A stretch of DNA of 64,000 nucleotides, from contig NIVC01000453.1 of the NCBI GenBank assembly GCA_002269645.1, positions 100,709 to 164,708 of the forward strand. Reading direction: 5' to 3'. Positions 55,801-64,000 of this stretch are shown in pieces (positions within the stretch are counted from its first letter, which is position 1; each line of letters begins with the position of its first letter). The translations under genes were made by a program, and so were the position numbers. The notes under the pieces are model-generated. The model did not search any database. It saw only the letters and a list, made by a program, of their open reading frames with translations, and was not told where the DNA came from. Source of the stretch: Macrostomum lignano (taxonomy: Eukaryota).

Positions 55801-58800
55801 GCTACTCTCAGCATCTCTAACTAGCCCTGTCGCTGTCAATATATAGAATTAAATGGAGAGCTTAGAAATGACACTCAATGGGGCTGATATACACAGGTGC
55901 AAAGATGACGCAGAGCCCGCTACTCTCAGCATCTCTAACTAGCCCTGTCGCTGTCAATATATAGAATTAAATGGAGAGCTTAGAAATGACACTCAATGGG
56001 GCTGATATACACAGGTGCAAAGATGACGCAGAGCCCGCTACTCTCAGCATCTCTAACTAGCCCTGTCGCTGTCAATATATAGAATTAAATGGAGAGCTTA
56101 GAAATGACACTCAATGGGGCTGATATACACAGGTGCAAAGATGACGCAGAGCCCGCTACTCTCAGCATCTCTAACTAGCCCTGTCGCTGTCAATATATAG
56201 AATTAAATGGAGAGCTTAGAAATGACACTCAATGGGGCTGATATACACAGGTGCAAAGATGACGCAGAGCCCGCTACTCTCAGCATCTCTAACTAGCCCT
56301 GTCGCTGTCAATATATAGAATTAAATGGAGAGCTTAGAAATGACACTCAATGGGGCTGATATACACAGGTGCAAAGATGACGCAGAGCCCGCTACTCTCA
56401 GCATCTCTAACTAGCCCTGTCGCTGTCAATATATAGAATTAAATGGAGAGCTTAGAAATGACACTCAATGGGGCTGATATACACAGGTGCAAAGATGACG
56501 CAGAGCCCGCTACTCTCAGCATCTCTAACTAGCCCTGTCGCTGTCAATATATAGAATTAAATGGAGAGCTTAGAAATGACACTCAATGGGGCTGATATAC
56601 ACAGGTGCAAAGATGACGCAGAGCCCGCTACTCTCAGCATCTCTAACTAGCCCTGTCGCTGTCAATATATAGAATTAAATGGAGAGCTTAGAAATGACAC
56701 TCAATGGGGCTGATATACACAGGTGCAAAGATGACGCAGAGCCCGCTACTCTCAGCATCTCTAACTAGCCCTGTCGCTGTCAATATATAGAATTAAATGG
56801 AGAGCTTAGAAATGACACTCAATGGGGCTGATATACACAGGTGCAAAGATGACGCAGAGCCCGCTACTCTCAGCATCTCTAACTAGCCCTGTCGCTGTCA
56901 ATATATAGAATTAAATGGAGAGCTTAGAAATGACACTCAATGGGGCTGATATACACAGGTGCAAAGATGACGCAGAGCCCGCTACTCTCAGCATCTCTAA
57001 CTAGCCCTGTCGCTGTCAATATATAGAATTAAATGGAGAGCTTAGAAATGACACTCAATGGGGCTGATATACACAGGTGCAAAGATGACGCAGAGCCCGC
57101 TACTCTCAGCATCTCTAACTAGCCCTGTCGCTGTCAATATATAGAATTAAATGGAGAGCTTAGAAATGACACTCAATGGGGCTGATATACACAGGTGCAA
57201 AGATGACGCAGAGCCCGCTACTCTCAGCATCTCTAACTAGCCCTGTCGCTGTCAATATATAGAATTAAATGGAGAGCTTAGAAATGACACTCAATGGGGC
57301 TGATATACACAGGTGCAAAGATGACGCAGAGCCCGCTACTCTCAGCATCTCTAACTAGCCCTGTCGCTGTCAATATATAGAATTAAATGGAGAGCTTAGA
57401 AATGACACTCAATGGGGCTGATATACACAGGTGCAAAGATGACGCAGAGCCCGCTACTCTCAGCATCTCTAACTAGCCCTGTCGCTGTCAATATATAGAA
57501 TTAAATGGAGAGCTTAGAAATGACACTCAATGGGGCTGATATACACAGGTGCAAAGATGACGCAGAGCCCGCTACTCTCAGCATCTCTAACTAGCCCTGT
57601 CGCTGTCAATATATAGAATTAAATGGAGAGCTTAGAAATGACACTCAATGGGGCTGATATACACAGGTGCAAAGATGACGCAGAGCCCGCTACTCTCAGC
57701 ATCTCTAACTAGCCCTGTCGCTGTCAATATATAGAATTAAATGGAGAGCTTAGAAATGACACTCAATGGGGCTGATATACACAGGTGCAAAGATGACGCA
57801 GAGCCCGCTACTCTCAGCATCTCTAACTAGCCCTGTCGCTGTCAATATATAGAATTAAATGGAGAGCTTAGAAATGACACTCAATGGGGCTGATATACAC
57901 AGGTGCAAAGATGACGCAGAGCCCGCTACTCTCAGCATCTCTAACTAGCCCTGTCGCTGTCAATATATAGAATTAAATGGAGAGCTTAGAAATGACACTC
58001 AATGGGGCTGATATACACAGGTGCAAAGATGACGCAGAGCCCGCTACTCTCAGCATCTCTAACTAGCCCTGTCGCTGTCAATATATAGAATTAAATGGAG
58101 AGCTTAGAAATGACACTCAATGGGGCTGATATACACAGGTGCAAAGATGACGCAGAGCCCGCTACTCTCAGCATCTCTAACTAGCCCTGTCGCTGTCAAT
58201 ATATAGAATTAAATGGAGAGCTTAGAAATGACACTCAATGGGGCTGATATACACAGGTGCAAAGATGACGCAGAGCCCGCTACTCTCAGCATCTCTAACT
58301 AGCCCTGTCGCTGTCAATATATAGAATTAAATGGAGAGCTTAGAAATGACACTCAATGGGGCTGATATACACAGGTGCAAAGATGACGCAGAGCCCGCTA
58401 CTCTCAGCATCTCTAACTAGCCCTGTCGCTGTCAATATATAGAATTAAATGGAGAGCTTAGAAATGACACTCAATGGGGCTGATATACACAGGTGCAAAG
58501 ATGACGCAGAGCCCGCTACTCTCAGCATCTCTAACTAGCCCTGTCGCTGTCAATATATAGAATTAAATGGAGAGCTTAGAAATGACACTCAATGGGGCTG
58601 ATATACACAGGTGCAAAGATGACGCAGAGCCCGCTACTCTCAGCATCTCTAACTAGCCCTGTCGCTGTCAATATATAGAATTAAATGGAGAGCTTAGAAA
58701 TGACACTCAATGGGGCTGATATACACAGGTGCAAAGATGACGCAGAGCCCGCTACTCTCAGCATCTCTAACTAGCCCTGTCGCTGTCAATATATAGAATT

Positions 58801-61800
58801 AAATGGAGAGCTTAGAAATGACACTCAATGGGGCTGATATACACAGGTGCAAAGATGACGCAGAGCCCGCTACTCTCAGCATCTCTAACTAGCCCTGTCG
58901 CTGTCAATATATAGAATTAAATGGAGAGCTTAGAAATGACACTCAATGGGGCTGATATACACAGGTGCAAAGATGACGCAGAGCCCGCTACTCTCAGCAT
59001 CTCTAACTAGCCCTGTCGCTGTCAATATATAGAATTAAATGGAGAGCTTAGAAATGACACTCAATGGGGCTGATATACACAGGTGCAAAGATGACGCAGA
59101 GCCCGCTACTCTCAGCATCTCTAACTAGCCCTGTCGCTGTCAATATATAGAATTAAATGGAGAGCTTAGAAATGACACTCAATGGGGCTGATATACACAG
59201 GTGCAAAGATGACGCAGAGCCCGCTACTCTCAGCATCTCTAACTAGCCCTGTCGCTGTCAATATATAGAATTAAATGGAGAGCTTAGAAATGACACTCAA
59301 TGGGGCTGATATACACAGGTGCAAAGATGACGCAGAGCCCGCTACTCTCAGCATCTCTAACTAGCCCTGTCGCTGTCAATATATAGAATTAAATGGAGAG
59401 CTTAGAAATGACACTCAATGGGGCTGATATACACAGGTGCAAAGATGACGCAGAGCCCGCTACTCTCAGCATCTCTAACTAGCCCTGTCGCTGTCAATAT
59501 ATAGAATTAAATGGAGAGCTTAGAAATGACACTCAATGGGGCTGATATACACAGGTGCAAAGATGACGCAGAGCCCGCTACTCTCAGCATCTCTAACTAG
59601 CCCTGTCGCTGTCAATATATAGAATTAAATGGAGAGCTTAGAAATGACACTCAATGGGGCTGATATACACAGGTGCAAAGATGACGCAGAGCCCGCTACT
59701 CTCAGCATCTCTAACTAGCCCTGTCGCTGTCAATATATAGAATTAAATGGAGAGCTTAGAAATGACACTCAATGGGGCTGATATACACAGGTGCAAAGAT
59801 GACGCAGAGCCCGCTACTCTCAGCATCTCTAACTAGCCCTGTCGCTGTCAATATATAGAATTAAATGGAGAGCTTAGAAATGACACTCAATGGGGCTGAT
59901 ATACACAGGTGCAAAGATGACGCAGAGCCCGCTACTCTCAGCATCTCTAACTAGCCCTGTCGCTGTCAATATATAGAATTAAATGGAGAGCTTAGAAATG
60001 ACACTCAATGGGGCTGATATACACAGGTGCAAAGATGACGCAGAGCCCGCTACTCTCAGCATCTCTAACTAGCCCTGTCGCTGTCAATATATAGAATTAA
60101 ATGGAGAGCTTAGAAATGACACTCAATGGGGCTGATATACACAGGTGCAAAGATGACGCAGAGCCGCTACTCTCAGCATCTCTAACTAGCCCTGTCGCTG
60201 TCAATATATAGAATTAAATGGAGAGCTTAGAAATGACACTCAATGGGGCTGATATACACAGGTGCAAAGATGACGCAGAGCCCGCTACTCTCAGCATCTC
60301 TAACTAGCCCTGTCGCTGTCAATATATAGAATTAAATGGAGAGCTTAGAAATGACACTCAATGGGGCTGATATACACAGGTGCAAAGATGACGCAGAGCC
60401 CGCTACTCTCAGCATCTCTAACTAGCCCTGTCGCTGTCAATATATAGAATTAAATGGAGAGCTTAGAAATGACACTCAATGGGGCTGATATACACAGGTG
60501 CAAAGATGACGCAGAGCCCGCTACTCTCAGCATCTCTAACTAGCCCTGTCGCTGTCAATATATAGAATTAAATGGAGAGCTTAGAAATGACACTCAATGG
60601 GGCTGATATACACAGGTGCAAAGATGACGCAGAGCCCGCTACTCTCAGCATCTCTAACTAGCCCTGTCGCTGTCAATATATAGAATTAAATGGAGAGCTT
60701 AGAAATGACACTCAATGGGGCTGATATACACAGGTGCAAAGATGACGCAGAGCCCGCTACTCTCAGCATCTCTAACTAGCCCTGTCGCTGTCAATATATA
60801 GAATTAAATGGAGAGCTTAGAAATGACACTCAATGGGGCTGATATACACAGGTGCAAAGATGACGCAGAGCCCGCTACTCTCAGCATCTCTAACTAGCCC
60901 TGTCGCTGTCAATATATAGAATTAAATGGAGAGCTTAGAAATGACACTCAATGGGGCTGATATACACAGGTGCAAAGATGACGCAGAGCCCGCTACTCTC
61001 AGCATCTCTAACTAGCCCTGTCGCTGTCAATATATAGAATTAAATGGAGAGCTTAGAAATGACACTCAATGGGGCTGATATACACAGGTGCAAAGATGAC
61101 GCAGAGCCCGCTACTCTCAGCATCTCTAACTAGCCCTGTCGCTGTCAATATATAGAATTAAATGGAGAGCTTAGAAATGACACTCAATGGGGCTGATATA
61201 CACAGGTGCAAAGATGACGCAGAGCCCGCTACTCTCAGCATCTCTAACTAGCCCTGTCGCTGTCAATATATAGAATTAAATGGAGAGCTTAGAAATGACA
61301 CTCAATGGGGCTGATATACACAGGTGCAAAGATGACGCAGAGCCCGCTACTCTCAGCATCTCTAACTAGCCCTGTCGCTGTCAATATATAGAATTAAATG
61401 GAGAGCTTAGAAATGACACTCAATGGGGCTGATATACACAGGTGCAAAGATGACGCAGAGCCCGCTACTCTCAGCATCTCTAACTAGCCCTGTCGCTGTC
61501 AATATATAGAATTAAATGGAGAGCTTAGAAATGACACTCAATGGGGCTGATATACACAGGTGCAAAGATGACGCAGAGCCCGCTACTCTCAGCATCTCTA
61601 ACTAGCCCTGTCGCTGTCAATATATAGAATTAAATGGAGAGCTTAGAAATGACACTCAATGGGGCTGATATACACAGGTGCAAAGATGACGCAGAGCCCG
61701 CTACTCTCAGCATCTCTAACTAGCCCTGTCGCTGTCAATATATAGAATTAAATGGAGAGCTTAGAAATGACACTCAATGGGGCTGATATACACAGGTGCA

Positions 61801-64000
61801 AAGATGACGCAGAGCCCGCTACTCTCAGCATCTCTAACTAGCCCTGTCGCTGTCAATATATAGAATTAAATGGAGAGCTTAGAAATGACACTCAATGGGG
61901 CTGATATACACAGGTGCAAAGATGACGCAGAGCCCGCTACTCTCAGCATCTCTAACTAGCCCTGTCGCTGTCAATATATAGAATTAAATGGAGAGCTTAG
62001 AAATGACACTCAATGGGGCTGATATACACAGGTGCAAAGATGACGCAGAGCCCGCTACTCTCAGCATCTCTAACTAGCCCTGTCGCTGTCAATATATAGA
62101 ATTAAATGGAGAGCTTAGAAATGACACTCAATGGGGCTGATATACACAGGTGCAAAGATGACGCAGAGCCCGCTACTCTCAGCATCTCTAACTAGCCCTG
62201 TCGCTGTCAATATATAGAATTAAATGGAGAGCTTAGAAATGACACTCAATGGGGCTGATATACACAGGTGCAAAGATGACGCAGAGCCCGCTACTCTCAG
62301 CATCTCTAACTAGCCCTGTCGCTGTCAATATATAGAATTAAATGGAGAGCTTAGAAATGACACTCAATGGGGCTGATATACACAGGTGCAAAGATGACGC
62401 AGAGCCCGCTACTCTCAGCATCTCTAACTAGCCCTGTCGCTGTCAATATATAGAATTAAATGGAGAGCTTAGAAATGACACTCAATGGGGCTGATATACA
62501 CAGGTGCAAAGATGACGCAGAGCCCGCTACTCTCAGCATCTCTAACTAGCCCTGTCGCTGTCAATATATAGAATTAAATGGAGAGCTTAGAAATGACACT
62601 CAATGGGGCTGATATACACAGGTGCAAAGATGACGCAGAGCCCGCTACTCTCAGCATCTCTAACTAGCCCTGTCGCTGTCAATATATAGAATTAAATGGA
62701 GAGCTTAGAAATGACACTCAATGGGGCTGATATACACAGGTGCAAAGATGACGCAGAGCCCGCTACTCTCAGCATCTCTAACTAGCCCTGTCGCTGTCAA
62801 TATATAGAATTAAATGGAGAGCTTAGAAATGACACTCAATGGGCTGATATACACAGGTGCAAAGATGACGCAGAGCCCGCTACTCTCAGCATCTCTAACT
62901 AGCCCTGTCGCTGTCAATATATAGAATTAAATGGAGAGCTTAGAAATGACACTCAATGGGGCTGATATACACAGGTGCAAAGATGACGCAGAGCCCGCTA
63001 CTCTCAGCATCTCTAACTAGCCCTGTCGCTGTCAATATATAGAATTAAATGGAGAGCTTAGAAATGACACTCAATGGGGCTGATATACACAGGTGCAAAG
63101 ATGACGCAGAGCCCGCTACTCTCAGCATCTCTAACTAGCCCTGTCGCTGTCAATATATAGAATTAAATGGAGAGCTTAGAAATGACACTCAATGGGGCTG
63201 ATATACACAGGTGCAAAGATGACGCAGAGCCCGCTACTCTCAGCATCTCTAACTAGCCCTGTCGCTGTCAATATATAGAATTAAATGGAGAGCTTAGAAA
63301 TGACACTCAATGGGGCTGATATACACAGGTGCAAAGATGACGCAGAGCCCGCTACTCTCAGCATCTCTAACTAGCCCTGTCGCTGTCAATATATAGAATT
63401 AAATGGAGAGCTTAGAAATGACACTCAATGGGGCTGATATACACAGGTGCAAAGATGACGCAGAGCCCGCTACTCTCAGCATCTCTAACTAGCCCTGTCG
63501 CTGTCAATATATAGAATTAAATGGAGAGCTTAGAAATGACACTCAATGGGGCTGATATACACAGGTGCAAAGATGACGCAGAGCCCGCTACTCTCAGCAT
63601 CTCTAACTAGCCCTGTCGCTGTCAATATATAGAATTAAATGGAGAGCTTAGAAATGACACTCAATGGGGCTGATATACACAGGTGCAAAGATGACGCAGA
63701 GCCCGCTACTCTCAGCATCTCTAACTAGCCCTGTCGCTGTCAATATATAGAATTAAATGGAGAGCTTAGAAATGACACTCAATGGGGCTGATATACACAG
63801 GTGCAAAGATGACGCAGAGCCCGCTACTCTCAGCATCTCTAACTAGCCCTGTCGCTGTCAATATATAGAATTAAATGGAGAGCTTAGAAATGACACTCAA
63901 TGGGGCTGATATACACAGGTGCAAAGATGACGCAGAGCCGCTACTCTCAGCATCTCTAACTAGCCCTGTCGCTGTCAATATATAGAATTAAATGGAGAGC
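52880..64000. repeat. Highly homogeneous 118-bp satellite array (>=94 copies, open at the right edge)
   Basis: Unit CTGTCAATATATAGAATTAAATGGAGAGCTTAGAAATGACACTCAATGGGGCTGATATACACAGGTGCAAAGATGACGCAGAGCCCGCTACTCTCAGCATCTCTAACTAGCCCTGTCG. The only internal variants I saw are 1-bp deletions near 60163, 62840 and 63937. Confidence 0.98.

Noticed and set aside
52880-64000. 118-bp unit as 5S rRNA, spliced-leader RNA or hammerhead-ribozyme satellite
   Set aside because: The length is 5S-like but I see no 5S sequence or internal boxes. Neither strand has a CUGANGA plus GAAA core, and no SL exon/donor/Sm-site layout is recognisable. An Rfam/Infernal scan would be decisive.

Overview
Eukaryotic (animal) genomic DNA with GT-AG introns. 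GC/CpG-rich exons and tandem-repeat-filled introns suggest a Macrostomum-like flatworm (inference only). I reconstructed four spliced genes by hand. (1) 287-20210 (-), continuing past the left edge: a giant MUC4-like mucin with signal peptide, ~10.9-kb Thr-rich exon, TSP1, 3 EGF, NIDO, AMOP, VWD and a cadherin/Ig-like module. Its promoter has an RFX X-box, CCAAT and TATA. (2) 24783-29154 (-): Csk-type SH3-SH2-tyrosine kinase with unusual insertions. (3) 47272-48776 (+): Cys-type methionine-R-sulfoxide reductase MsrB. (4) 50347-51712 (-): putative 90-aa two-exon orphan gene. The ~18 kb between the divergent Csk and MsrB genes is a transposon cluster: a Penelope-like remnant, a hAT MITE, a CpG-decayed Charlie/Buster hAT, a TIR element carrying a LINE fragment, a Helitron-like end, a foldback element and a tRNA-derived SINE. 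The last 11 kb is a near-perfect 118-bp satellite. Nearly all long ORFs in the supplied track are by-products of repeats. There are no CRISPR arrays, rRNA genes or prokaryotic features.
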